Source of the DNA: Callorhinchus milii
Lineage: Eukaryota
Length of the DNA stretch: 64,000 nt
Assembly: GCF_018977255.1 (NCBI RefSeq)
Contig: NW_024704742.1
Span: forward strand, 123,258,001 to 123,322,000
Reading direction: 5' to 3'
Part shown: one piece after another, positions 13,956-27,708 of the stretch
Numbering within the stretch: position 1 is the stretch's first letter
Layout of the letters: each line of letters opens with the position of its first letter
The notes under the pieces: generated by a model
Databases searched by the model: none
Told to the model about the DNA's origin: nothing
The model's input: the letters and a program-made list of their open reading frames with translations, nothing else
Position numbers and translations under genes: made by a program

Positions 13956-15979
13956 TTTTTCCTTGGCAAGGTGAGTTGTATTAGTGCCGGGGCTATAAAA
14001 AAAAATCCTCTTTTGATATCTTATTTCAGCGTCAAGTTTCCTGATATCACACATATCACAGGCATAATACAAAGTACATTTCACTCTACTCTGATCCTAT
14101 CTACCGTATAAGCCACTCTTGTTATTTTTATGGGCGGTCTGACACATACAGAACACATTGCCCTGCTTAAGAATATCCAAAACCAGACTAAGAGCTCCAC
14201 ATGTTTAGAGCCTGAAATATGCCATGTACATTTCCCTGTGTCTGGAATGGAATGCAGATTCAGGACACATCCCAAGCTTCCCACTACTTGTCCAGCTAGG
14301 ATCATCCAATCCGTTAGGGCTTGGCTTGCAGGGTTAAAGGGAGCTGAGTGGGAATAATCCTGTTCCCAGTGATTGGTCTGCCCCACCAAGTTCTGCTGCT
14401 AAACTAAGTCTGACTGCTCTATCATCAGCAGTGCCCTGGAGTACTGCACACCCACCTGGCTCAGAAACCGGACTACCAAGATGGCCGCAGAGTCCCCCCA
14501 CCCACCACCTCCAATGAGGATAATAAGTCATTCACCATTCACCTTGTCTTTGAAGTGAGACTTCAAATGTTATGCCAATTCTAGAAGAAGTATTGGCTCT
14601 TTAGGGTCCTGAACTCATAATGACTCAAACTCAACTGAGACTGATAACTGATCTAGGGCTTTTACAACTGTAGAGGAGAATAAATGAATCTTTTACCACC
14701 AGTTTTAAATAATTCAAACCAAGTTCTGAGAAGTGAAAGAACTGTTCATTTGACCCTAGGTTTATATTTGAATAGGAACTGCAAACCAAGTCAATATTAT
14801 ACAATGTGAAATACAAATATACACCAGTCATGCAAATATTCACCAATAAAATACCATAAATACTAGTGCAAAATATGCAAGTAAATTGATACCAGCTCGT
14901 GCCTGCACTGTTTTTTGTAATTTTAGTTAATACATCTTTCAGAGATTTTTTTACATTTATTTACAATACAAATTAATGCAAATTTACATTTATATAATGC
15001 CTTTCATGTCTGGAGGATATCCCAAAGTGCTGGTCTTTCACTTCATGGTTGTTTGTCAGACATTGTTGTGTGCAAATTGGCTGCCATGTTAACCCGCATA
15101 ACACACAGTCACACCACTTTACGCTACATCTGTGAATTCTTTGGGATGTCCTCCCTGTTTGAAAGAGCTATACCAAATGTAAGCATTAATATTATTATTA
15201 TTAAGACAGGCCGCATATCCGCGTCAAACAAATATTTACATCTTCAGCTGGGCCTCATGAGGGAATTTGCCTGCGGTTACTTTTCAACTTGAAATGTTCA
15301 AAATAAATAGTGAAGTGCCTGTTACAAGAAAGTATCTTGTGCATTCATAAATAAACACAATGTTATTTGACGCAAACTCAGGCCGTGCCTGAGTTGTATT
15401 TGCTATCAAAATATATAATTTGGCAGCTGTAGTTAAACATTGGACTCCGGTCCGAGGTCTTGGTTTGAATCTAAATGTTTAGTGACATTCTATCTTAGTT
15501 GTCCTCAGTGGGTGAGGCCTGCCAGTAGCTCTTTTCAAAGAGCGGCCACAGACACGATAGGCCGAATGGCCTCCTTCTGTGCTGTATAATTCTATTATTC
15601 TGCGATTCTGGAATGAGTCATTGCCTGATGTAGTTCAGTTTCTTGTCAATTTCTAGTACAAACCGTATCCTACTTCACATCTGAAGGAGGGTGTCAGTAG
15701 AAATTGAATGTAAAAGGAGATAATTCTCTGAAATGTTATTTGGGAGCACATATAAGCAATAAAAATAAAATAATGGTTTAATTAATGCATGATTGACGGT
15801 TAGAAATAACAAGACATTCCAGGAACTGGAAAATATTTTTTAAAAAGCTTTATGGTATTTAAACTTTATAACTCACTGTGAATATTGCAATTGTGAGTTT
15901 ATGGTTTCAATTTTAGAGTAGCAAAATATGTCTGTGAACTCTGGCAAGGTTTAGTGGCTCTGTTTTTTATTGAACACAG

Positions 15980-16638
15980 ATCTGAGCCTGACAGACAGCA
16001 GCCTTCCCAGATTAACAAGAAAAAGGAGAGTCGCTTTGGTGTACTGAACCAGATATTCTCCTGCAAGAAGAAAAAAGACGATCAAAAGAGCAGCCGGAAA
16101 GATAAAGCTCGGGACAGATATCTAAGAGAGGAAACATCCGAAGTCGATGATATTATAACCACCTTTGACTGCATCATGGATCCCAACAGTAATACAGCTC
16201 CACATGAAAGGAGAGAGGAAAGTGGATTCCAAAAAACAACTACAGACCCAGTCATTCAGAAATACCAGTCATCAGACAAAAAACAGAAGGAACGCAAAAG
16301 TCTTCCTCCAATTCGGACACAAAGTCTTCCACCTCTGACTCTTAACAATTGTGTGTTTTCAGATTCTCCCAGCATAGCTCAGAGCACAGGCTGCAGCCCG
16401 AATACATACCATTTTGCCCACAGATCTCAGAAGAGCCGCAGTGAACATGACTTGTTTGATAACAGGACCAGCTCTCAGCAACTATTGGCTGGTCAGTGGA
16501 CAATCAACAACAATCATATATTGCCCCCCAAAGCCTGGACAGCACCTCCTTCAGCAAAACTCTTGGAGGTTTTTTTGCAGCAAAGAGCCAAAAATATGGA
16601 GCTCTCACATCCTCCTCCTTTTCCCTACCTCCGCCAAG
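15980..16638 (+). CDS. ANKRD55: ANKRD55 large coding exon (post-ankyrin region: SEPDRQQ...LPPIRTQSLPP...RSQKSRSE...PYLRQ)
   Basis: Acceptor gaacacag|, donor AAG|gtaagt, 659 nt, phase 2-1. Motifs VLNQIF, SEVDDIITTFD, LPPIRTQSLPP and RSQKSRSE recalled from ANKRD55. Confidence 0.93.
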
Positions 16639-18914
16639 GTAAGTCTCATGAAATATTCTGGCATTAATAGATAAGAATGAGTTACAAAGAGATTAAAGAA
16701 ACTGATTTTTGCATGAACATTGATCAAAAAGGCTATGCATTCTTTGCACAAGGACAACAATAAATGTCAGCGGTACCCTATTTCATGTTGTTACTGTGAT
16801 TAAAAACTGGTCTGTTTTTAATAAATGTGATTGATCCTACACTCAAAGCTATTTCCTGGTGTTAGGTTGCCAGCTGAACCAGTGAGATTAGACACAATAT
16901 TTTAATATCTGATGCTTGTATAGCTCAAGGACAGCACTTCATTGGTAGAATCTGTGAAATTCATTCAAATGGCATTATTTCAGTTCTGCATGCTTAGCTG
17001 GTTGCTAAATTTAAATGACACGCTTCTGAAAAATACCTGTTTGAAATATTGGAACCCATTGTGTGAAATGCTAAACCTTGAGGATATCATTGTTCAAAAA
17101 AATCTGTTTTATTAGTTTATTTATTAGACAATGTCACTGTGCTTGTGATGAGCAATTGGCATTTAATTGGCTATAATTCTTCAAAATGACAGGAATAAAC
17201 ATGGGCCTTTGGTTGAACAAATAATTAAAATATATAGTAGCTTTATCAATGAATACTTGTTAGTTTGCCTTACTTCTCTGTTCAGGATCTATAAATGGGT
17301 TGAAGAGATAATGCATTTCTGGGGAGGAAAAATGATTGAAAGGGATAGTGAGAAAGTGGTTAGGTCAGGTTTGGGCCTATTGACCATTCTTGTACCTAAC
17401 AGCTCCTATGTAATACCATTTATTAGCTCAATGTCAAATTATATCATATGATCATGCATTCTCAATCATTCTCAATGATCACATTATGTAGACTGCTCAG
17501 TGTGTTATGTATGTCTTATCCTTCACCTCCTCCCTCTCCCTGGCTTGGGTCAAGCTCTGCTACTGTTAAGCATTCCAAGACACAACCCCATGTGAAGGGC
17601 ATTTTATTAATACAAGTTATTTTTGTTATCCTGGTAATGTTGAGGTGAGTGCGTCATTAAAATGTTCATATTTTCAACTTGTGTACAGCAGTTCCAAGGA
17701 ATCAAATTATTCTTTCCATTTCTTCACTACAATCCAAAACTGTTTACTTGTAGTTTGTCCTCAAATGTTGGACCAAAGCCCAGAGTGAATAATAGGCTCA
17801 GTTTATAGTAATTTAGCAACTAATTTTTCATGTGTGCACATGTTAGAAAAGGTGTATATTACACATTGAATCAGCAGATATCAAGACTAAAGATTGTGCT
17901 TACATTTATTTATAAAACCACGGTACACATTGGAAACTGGGACAAATTAAAAACTACAGATATAATACTATGGACAGAATGCTTCAGGCTTAAGGGATTA
18001 TTTTACCCTTTAAAAATATTCACAGCTGATCATATAACAGCTTTGTATTAATGTAAAGTCCAATTACTACAAGCCATTCATCAACTTCTAAAGCCAAGTG
18101 ATAACTGGCAGAACTTGCTGAGTATCAGATTTTCTGTGGTGTCTCTGTTCTCCTCCTGCATCAGATGTAGCTGACATCCAGTCATATTGCATGTCATTTA
18201 AAAATGGTTGTTTGTGGGACATTGTTGTACGCAAAGTGGCTGCTGAGTTTTGTCCACAAAATACAAATTCAAACAACTTTACAGTATATCCTGTGAAGCG
18301 CTTTGAGGCATCTCATTGACACAGTAAAGTGTTATATCAAATACAAGGATTATTATTATTGTTAATAGTATTATTATTTTAGGCTAAAAATTCTATCTAG
18401 TGTCAGACTATTTTGCCTTGAAATTTACGATTGCACTGAATTATGGAAAATTAATCTGAAAGTTGGTTTTACACAAGCCCACCATTTTTATTGTATAATT
18501 TATTTAACAATTTCTGATTGATCTTAAATTCTTCAAGACAAAAAGCTCTTGCAGACTAGAGGATATTTGGGGCATGCAGTATTATTTAGTAATATGGCTC
18601 AACAAGCTATTAGGGATTCTGGGCAGATACCAGTCTGGCTCAATTGGTAACACTTCACAAGATCACAAAATGTGTTTAGACATAGGACCACAAAGTCCCA
18701 TGTGTTTGATCAAAATAGTCCCATTGCACTATTTTGAAGAGCAAGGAGCATTCCCAAGGAACCAATGATCCCCCTCATCCAAATCCAGCAGATCACTTAG
18801 TCATTCATCTAATTACTGTTTGTGTGTTGCTACCAGCTCTAATTAGTTGCTGGGGTTGCTTACACAGCAACAGTCACTTCAGTTTAACAGAGCTCATTGT
18901 CAAGGACATTATCG

Positions 18915-19180
18915 ACAACAACAACTTTATTTAGCGGCCCCTCACGCAGGGTAGCGTCCCAGAGCGCTTTGAAAACAAGTGTGAGGATCTTGAAATTGAT
19001 CCGTTCTCGATAGAGAGCCGGTGGAGCCTGGCTAGAACTGGTGTGATGGGGGTATGGAGTTTATTGCGGGTGAGTATGTGGGCAGCGGGGTTTTGGACCA
19101 GCTGGATCCTGTGCATGGTGGAGCTGGGGAGACCGGCAAAGAGGGCATTTGAAAAGTCGAGTCGGGAGGTAACGCATGGA
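18915..19180 (-). mobile_element. L2 LINE fragment with second tail type (gacgctaccctgcgtg)
   Basis: VTSRLDFSNALFAGLP...PITPVLARLH. Confidence 0.8.
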
Positions 19181-19325
19181 CGATAATATCGTGCCTTATC
19201 ACACAGCGCTATATTAAACTTGATGGCTGTTTGTACAACATTGCTGTGCAAAAATTGGCTGCTGCGTTCAGTCATTGCATTTTACAATTTCTGATATATT
19301 CATACTGTATTTTTGTTCTTTTTAG

Positions 19326-19427
19326 CAGAAATTATGCAGCAAGTCTCCATGGATAAAATGAAAATAAAAGATGCAGTTCTAACACGGGCCAATCTAGCTC
19401 CAATAATCAACTCCTGTGCTCACAAAT
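19326..19427 (+). CDS. ANKRD55: ANKRD55 penultimate coding exon (EIMQQVSMDKMKIKDAVLTRANLAPIINSCAHK)
   Basis: Polypyrimidine tract plus tttagcag (tandem acceptors giving start 19326 or 19329). Donor T|gtaggt at 19427 keeps the frame with the last exon. Resembles the human KIRD...TRNNLAP segment. Confidence 0.8.
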
Positions 19428-20002
19428 GTAGGTAAATATTTGCAGAGTTATTGGGCATGATCTTAGCATCACATCTTATAGGTTTTGTATTGCTGCTTTC
19501 TCAGTTAACCACGGGTGACATCAGATTATATTATATAAAGAATAATAGGAATTTAAATAAAAACAGAAGTCGCTGGGAACAAGCAGCAGGTCAGGCAGCA
19601 TCTATGGAGAGAGGCAAATGAGTTAACGTTTCAGGTCGATGACCTTTCATCAGAACCTACTTTATCATCATAATCAGATTTGAACCTATTTTCTTTTTCA
19701 CCAGGACAAATGTCTTAGCCCTAAGGCCGTTGTCGTAGGAAATGCAGATCATTGGCTTCCAAATTATGACTAAATGTAAGAATATACAAAACATATATTC
19801 CAAAATTCTGCACAATCTTAAATGTTAAAACAATGGTCTTACGCCTAAGGCAATGAACATTTTTGGAAGAGTAGTGATCTAATCATCACTTTTCTAAAAT
19901 TATTTTTAAAAGTTTAAGAAGTGAGGGGCTTATTTAACAATGCTGTCGCTAAAAGATATAACTTTGATATTTAAAATTAAACATATTTTTCATTGTCTTC
20001 AG

Positions 20003-20271
20003 GCAATCTGCCACGTGATCACATGTCTCAGAATATGATCAAAACAAAATCTCAGCCTCTGATGTCTATAAGGACTACTGCAGTGAACCTCCCACCAGCA
20101 CTGGGGACCAGATCCCAGAGAGAAGGCATTGTCCAAAGCAACTCACTTTATTCATTTCTGCCAGTTATGTCAGACGATTCGCTGAGAATCAACCGCGTGC
20201 TTCCTGCTATTCCGACTCAGAAGAAGAGCACTCCACCAGAGGACCTGTCCAAGTTCTTTATTGAGTCATAG
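20003..20271 (+). CDS. ANKRD55: ANKRD55 last coding exon to TAG (NLPRDHM...SLRINRVLPAIPTQKK...FFIES*)
   Basis: Acceptor ttgtcttcag|, phase 1. Contains the LRxNRVLPAIP C-terminal motif; stop at 20269-20271. Confidence 0.85.
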
Positions 20272-21019
20272 CACAAACCTCAGTATAAGATGTAAATGTT
20301 GATTTAAAACTTAAAACACATCTGTATTCCTCATTTTTTAAACAAAGATTTAAGGAATTGTGAAACTGAATAAGCCTTCAGGTAGATATATTTCATGATG
20401 ATCTGTTGCCTTTGATTAGCAAACAAGGGCACTTTTTTTAATGCTTTTTTTTATATTTGTGGGTCTATTGTATTTTAGCTGTTAACCATCAAGACACTCC
20501 AGTAAAACCCTCACCTGCATGGAAAATGTGATCTGTCTTCTTTTAATTTAGTAGTTTAGTGTGTGTTTAAAACTATTTACCTTACCAGAATATTTTTTTT
20601 TAAGTAGTGGTGTTTCTGAATGTGGATGTCAATCATCTGGAGTTGCAATTGATAGCACTTCAAAAATATTCATATTATTATCCTAGTATTTGTTGTGTGG
20701 GGACTTCACAAAACATTAGATTCAGCTGAAACAAAACAACACACAAATGTTTCAGCACCATTCAGACTCCGTAACGATATAAGAATATAAATTAAGTGTA
20801 AGTAGGATTTGTTGGTTAATTTTTCAACTATTGGCAATGTGCATTCTAAACATACACTGCCAAAGATCAGAATATTACCCGCTCACCATCAAAGTCAACG
20901 TATTTACTAGCATCTGGAGAATTAACAAATTTGTTACAATATTTCAGTAGCTTAGGTGAAATCTTAGATTATCTACATCTGGAACTAGAAAAAAAAATAA
21001 TCCTATTCCTGGACCAAGG

Positions 21020-21418
21020 TTAAGGGGAGATTTAATAGAGGTATTCAACATTATGAGTGGTTTTGACAAAGTAAATAGAAAGAAACTGTTTCCACTGGCA
21101 GGTGGGTCGGTAACCAGGGGACATAGATTCGAGATAATTGGCAAAAGAACCAGAGGGAAGATGATAATTTTTTTTACACAGAAGTAATAGATGTTTCAGC
21201 GCCTTGGGACATCCTACCGACGTGAAAGGCACTATACAAATGTAATCTTGTTGTTCTTGTTGTTGTTACGGTCTGGAATGCACTGCCTGAAAGGGTGGTG
21301 GAAACAGATTCAATAACAACTTTCAAAAGGGACTGATTGGGTAGCTCCTCCAAAGAGACAGCACAGGCACGATGGGCCGATTGGCCTCCTTTTGTGCTGT
21401 AAGATTCTATAATTCTAT
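21020..21418 (+). mobile_element. CR1 LINE 3' end interrupted by an L2 tail (~21195-21265)
   Basis: LRGDLIEVF...LFPLA coding remnant, gatgggccga..ggcctcct hairpin, attctat tail. Confidence 0.8.
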
Positions 21419-24400
21419 TATTTTCAGCCCCAGCATACAAACAATCACAAGGGAAGTATGGATGAAAAAATCTCTTCAACCTATTTGAACTCATCCTTCG
21501 AACTGTCCTTCCATTTCAGCATCAAGCTTTTTTTAAATTAGTCAAGCATGAGATTCAACCGAAAGATTGAATCTGAAAGATACAACAATTCGCCCACAAA
21601 ATACAGTCAATCCACTTTTACAGTATATCCTGGGCTTTGAGACATCTCATCAAGGTGATAAGGTGCTATATTAAATGCAAGGATTATTATTATGAAGCAT
21701 CTTGGTTTCATCCATTCATAATAATCCCTCCAAAAAAACAAAAACAATAATAAATTGGTCATTTTCAATCCATGACTGTTTGTGGGACTTCGCTGTGCGC
21801 AGTTGGCTGCCGCGTTCGCCCACAAATATGCAGTCAATTCACTTTACAGTATATTCTGTGAAGCGCTTTGGGACGTCCTCCCAAAGGATTATTATTATTA
21901 TTATCCACCCTTCCTAGTAAATCATTCTTGCCATTATCTAAACAAATACTTTCTGGTGTCTGTCTTGAAACTGTCCTTCACAATCATGAACTTGTGCCCT
22001 CTAGGGTACACTAGGGTATCCAAGAGTATTGGTCTTTGTTTACTTTCTCAATCTTATATACCTCTACGGTTCCTTTCTGAGACTTCTGCATTACATACTG
22101 TTACGTCTACTATTGTTCCCTTTCAAAACCTATAACTAATTTCAAATACATTGAACGACATTTGAGAGGCCACTGTGACTTTTTGAAGCATCAATTACTT
22201 CAACAACAACAACAACTTGCACTTATATAGCACGTTCCATGCAGGGTAGCGTCTCAGAGCGCTTAACAGTGGCAGAGACTGACTCTCAGCCAGTGGTGGG
22301 GGTGGGGGTGGCTGGAGGTGACCACAAGCACGGTCGAAGAGGAAGGTTTTCAGGCGGGACTTGAAAAGGGGAGAGAGGGGGCAAGGCAGAGGGATTGAGG
22401 GAAAGTGTTCCAAAGTTTAGGGGCAGCAACTTTTATTTTTTAAACAGGCAAGTACTTATTCATTGTGGAAAATTCACTCAGCTTGTCTATTGTTCTTTGA
22501 GCACTGTCAGGTGATTATCAATAATTTATAAATGCAAGGACACATTGATTTAAAATTGATGTATTTTATATTATTGTTTTGTCAATTTCCCTATCTAAGA
22601 TTATTTAAGCTACTCACAACTCCTCCACTAGCAGCACATGGGTACATGACCCACTTATAATCCTTGCATTTTCACTTCCAGGCTTGCACATACTGTGTGT
22701 TTCACTGTGAACTAGCATTAGCGGATATATAAATGCAAGTCATCGTTGTTCTTAGAAAAAACATAGGAAAAGGCCATTTGGTCCATTAAGTACACTACCT
22801 CCAGAGTTTACACACACACCACCTATATTCTCTGAGGAAAACCTCTGCAAGAGTATTCCCTAATTAAAAACATTCAGCCATCATGTTACTGTATCTACAA
22901 TAATCATTCCCATTTTGCTCTTCTCCACAGGTAACCATTGCGCCCTGTTGAATATTTTCATCTCAATGTGCAGCTACAGTTATACATTTCAATCACATTT
23001 CCAACCAGATATTTTTCTTTATGGTCAGAATTGATTGTCACAATCTTATCTGACTTTATTGAGCGTCTGTTCCACATTATCCACTTCAGTATGTAAGGAG
23101 AAAAGATTCTTGAATCTCTACCTTCATTTGAGGATTATTAATGGTAAATCTATGTCCTCTAGTTCTTTACTTGTGGTCCAAGTTAACTATCCTAATCATA
23201 TTTTAAAAATCCGAATTATATTGTCCCCTTGTGTTTTTTTTCGAATCAGAATCTGTTCAGGTGTCTGAATCACTCTTCATTACTTATATACCAGAATTAT
23301 TATCAGAATCTCTTTTTTCTTTTGGATTAGTTACTCTTCAGACAATGCTGGATAAGGTTAAAAACTGTCATAGTGTCATAAGCAGGAACCCACATTTTAC
23401 CACTTCACAGTAGAATGTTATGCTCTACTATTTGTTCAGTGATTTGACCCCTTTCTCTCCTTTTCGTGCTATGTTTGCATTGTGCTTGAATGGTAAAAAA
23501 TACAGAGTCGGTGCTATAAAGTGCATATCCTGTAGGGAAACCAATATTTTTCACGAACACTACTTCAAGGAGATGCTCTGGTAGGAGACAAAGTATCAGT
23601 CAGTGAGAAGTGCATGGGTTCCTGGAACAGATGACTTTACATTCCCAGGCTCTTTTTCCAGTATGACGTGCCTTTATGAAGCAGCCCCTTCATAATATTA
23701 GAAACTATATTCCAATTGATAATGTCATTATTGACAAGCTAAAATCAATTGATCCCTATTTAAAATGGGCTAGATTAAGATACAAACATCCAAAGCTGTA
23801 CAGGCACACATTGCATTGATATATGTTACTTTTCACTTAATGATTCTCATTTTGGTAAAAAAAACATTTGTTGTGCTGTTGTAGAAATAATTCTTCAGCG
23901 GACAATATAAAATGTATCAAAGAGTGACTTTTACAAACAGAGTGAACGAATCTCACAACAGTTTCGTTTTTCTCCCAAAAAAGCTAATCTTTCTGTGATG
24001 TTCAGTCATTCATTATCATCTTTACTGTGTTTATGTTTTCATCCTGGAGTTATATCTACCTTGTTCCTTATGTGCTTTCTGTGATTAAATGGGTTTGTTG
24101 TCATCATTGAATTTTTTGTGAAGTGTTTAGAATAGAAAATCGCTGTTATTTGGCAATTTGGCTTTGAGATAAAATGTTCATTGCAATGAGACTCTGCATT
24201 CTGTTCATTTCATTTTAGCCTTTGTTTTGAGAAACAAACCTTTTATCTTCTCTCTTTTCAGGACTCAGTGTAAATTGCATGAACCACTTTCCTGTGGATG
24301 TAATAGTTTGTGGAAAAGTTTGTGGTAACTGTTGGAAAACTTGAACAACAGAGTTGGTGTATGAAACTATTATTCAAATGTATATTGATCGTTGCACAAA

Positions 24401-26653
24401 AGATTAAGAGATTGTTCTTACTTGTCTTTTTTTTAATGAACCAACAAGATCAAATTATCACAACAGCACCCAGAATAATTGAAGCAGAACAAACAATATG
24501 GTAGAGCACAGTGAAATAATGCTCAAACACAAACTCAGCATGTTTATATAATGAAGTTGATTGGTATATGGAGAGGTAACCAAAAACCTGGTGGCTTCCT
24601 CTGCTCACCAGGCACCGACCTGCTTTACGTCATCTCCCCCACAATCGGTGGTCGGACTTTCAGCTTATCTGCTCCCATCCTCTGGAACTCCATTCCAGAG
24701 TCCCTTCAGCCAGCCCCTTCAACTCGCCTACTTCCCTCGCCTCCTTCAAGGTCCACCTTAAGACCTTCGTCATTAACCGCACTTTAGGACGACGGTGACA
24801 ATGCTCTTGTGTTCCATGCTGATGTGCTATTCATCTGGAAGTTCACGGGTATCTGCTATACACCTAATGAAGATTCAACGCTGCACTTATTGGATGTCAA
24901 ATGATGACCGAGTGACTGTGCTCTGAGGGCAGTTGACTCCAATTTGATGCTTGCCAATGAAATGCCAGTATTGAGTCAACCCTCTGTGGTGGTCTCAGTG
25001 GTCCAGTTCCCCAGCTAAGCATGTCTGCAATACACCAGGGTATTGCTGATGACAGTCCAGCCAGCTTGATTCATCAGCACAACTAAAAGGGGCAGATCAG
25101 TCATGGGGGTAGAGATTCTTCCTACTCAACTCCTGTTAAATCCAGCCAAGATCTAACTGACAAGGTGATCTTTGTTGGACAAACAGCATGAAGCTTGCCT
25201 GATAGTAATGACAAGCTGTGAATTTTAGCTGGTTAAACTCAAGCAGTTCACCAAAGATGCTCTGGGGTCCCTAAGCCTTGGGTCTCACCAACCCGTTCCT
25301 AATACTTTCTGAAATTAGATGGGTCCCTCTGAGAGGGAGTGAATTTCAACACACAATCTGAGCACCAGATTACCTTTGTAAAGTTTGATTCTAAACTGGT
25401 TCAAATGATTTTTGTTGATAGATACAATTGTAAGCATTATATTCTCAGTGCAACAAATATATAAATGCAATCAAATCTGCTTTCAGGAACCACTTAGGGG
25501 ACTGGACCAAAGTGGTCTTCATGTAAGTGTGGCCTCTGTGTAAGGATTCATTGTTTTGTTGACTGGGCCCAAAGATTTTTTTTTAAATTCTGCAAGCACA
25601 CTTGTAGATTCCCTCCAGACTCCTAGAACATTTACGAATGCTTGCCTCACTGGTGAGGTGGGAAGCATCACATAGGCTGCTGAGCATGGTGTTGGTAAAT
25701 GCGCTAGGAGTCTAGTGGGAGTCTACACGCAGAGCATGGAAATTAATAATGCATTACCGGTAATTACAGTTAAATTCACTTAGAACTGGCTGCTGAGAAG
25801 CGTATCTGTACAACAACAGGGCTAAAAAGAATGGCAACTGGTTGCGTTATACATGTTGCCTAATTGAGGTGGTTTACTATGGAAAATTGGTCAGGACTAT
25901 TCCAGGGTGGTTGTTGACAGCAGGTTGTTGCTGAATAGAAGCGATTGGTTTAACAGATTTGACTGTACAGTATTATGTTGCTCTCAATGCATTTATGTTG
26001 TTAAAATACTTAGTACAAATTGATAACTTAGTCTCTGTGATGTCATTGTATAAATGATTTTAAGCATCTGTTCCCTGTGTAAACCCAAGTGGTTCCTTCT
26101 TGTCTGGCCCAACATTGATTTTTGATGCCTCTGTACCAGTTCAACTTTTCTCTTCCTCATCTCCTGTCGAGAAATCTTATCAATGATTCAGTTAGAGTTG
26201 GCATCAAGAGGATTGCAAGATTTAGCAAAATTTACTCCTCATCAAGTCAGCAATTTCTAATGCTATTCCTGGATTAATTACTTCTCAATCTTTTCTTTGC
26301 AAATAAATAACAACAACTTGCACTGATATAGCGCCCTCCACGCAGGGTAGCGTCTCAGAGCACTCAGAGAGTCAGACATAAATTCTGTCTGGTCTTGTAA
26401 GGAGGTGAGTTCTTCATAGAATGTGGGAATGTGTTAATAAAGTTACATTTCCTTCTCTTCTATGGGCAAAGTGAGGACAACCACCTGAATTCAGTAATGT
26501 TGTGATAAAGAAAAACATGATGAAGTTGCATTCATTTAATCTGTAGCTTTCAGAAAGTACATTTGAAAACAAAATGCATTCAGCCAAGAGAAATGGTCCA
26601 ATTAAAACTTAATAACCCAAGTTGAGCTTTTTACTGGACACTGCAAGAACATA

Positions 26654-27049
26654 CTGTACGCTGAGATATAGTAACATGAAAATCCTGGGACACTGGCCAA
26701 ATAGCAAAAATGTTAATCTTTATGATGAAAATATCACTTGTTAACAATTCCTCATGTTTCTATGATACTGTAATGTTGTACTGTGGGAGTGTCTTTCTTA
26801 GAATAAGAACTGAGATCCTATCTGTATGTTTCGATGGTTGTTTAAGTTCCCAAGACATGATTTGAAAAGATTCTTTGTTCTGGAGCATTAGCCTAGATTG
26901 TGAACTCAAAATCCTGACATGAAATTTGATTCCTTGTATCTCATTCTGTGAGGAGTTATTAACCAGTGACATTTTCACCTTGAAGAGGAACATTTCTGGT
27001 ACTTGGCTGGTATCTCAGGATTTTCACAGTACTGTATCTCAGTGAACAG
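26654..27049. mobile_element. MITE-like element with ~100-bp terminal inverted repeats, flanked by TA
   Basis: 26651-26754 against the reverse complement of 26949-27052 aligns ungapped, 81/104 identical by hand count. TA at 26652-26653 and 27050-27051. Confidence 0.7.
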
Positions 27050-27227
27050 TACATTGTCCTAGAGGCAAGGCCAGCAACCCTCCTAATAAACTGATCATTC
27101 ACTTCATAGCTGTGTGTGGGACATTGCTATGTGTATATTGGCTGCCAAGAGGCCATTTGGCCCATCGTGTCTTTTACAAGAGCTATCCAAATAAATCCCA
27201 CTCCCCCACTCTCTCCCGTAGCCCTGC

Positions 27228-27708
27228 CAACAACAACAAGATTCCATTTATAGAGCGCCTTTCACGTCGGGAGGACGTCCAAAGGCGCTGTACAGTTGGG
27301 TCAGGACCAGAGCAGGGGGGAAATGGTCAGGGTGAGGGGAGGGAAAGGAGGGAGTGAGGAGGGGGTAGAGAGTCGAGAAGGGAGCTGAAGGCACGGTCAA
27401 AGAGAAAGGTCTTGAGACCGGCCTTGAAGGAGGAAAGGGAGGAGGCGGCGAAGGCACTGGGGGATGGAGTTCCAGAGCCTGGGGGCTGAGAGGCTGAAGG
27501 CCCGGCCACCGATAGTAGGGTAGCTGGGGCGGGGGATGTGGAGCAGACCGGAGCCAGAGGAACGGAGAGTACGGGCAGGTAGGTAGGGGGATAGTAGGTC
27601 AGAGAGGTAGGAGGGAGCAAAGCCATGAATGGCCTTGTATGTGAGGATGACGATCTTGAATTCGATCCTCTGGGGGATGGGGAGCCAGTGGAGGCGAGCG
27701 AGGGTGGG
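27228..27708 (-). mobile_element. L2 LINE 3' end
   Basis: LARLHWLPIPQRIEFKI...GGRAFSLSAPRLWNSIP and (ttg)n tail. Near-identical to 51555-52090 and 62198-62422. Confidence 0.92.

Noticed and set aside
22910..22936. ttctccacag|gtaacc fused splice motif downstream of ANKRD55
   Set aside because: It lies beyond the stop-containing exon with no supported transcript context.
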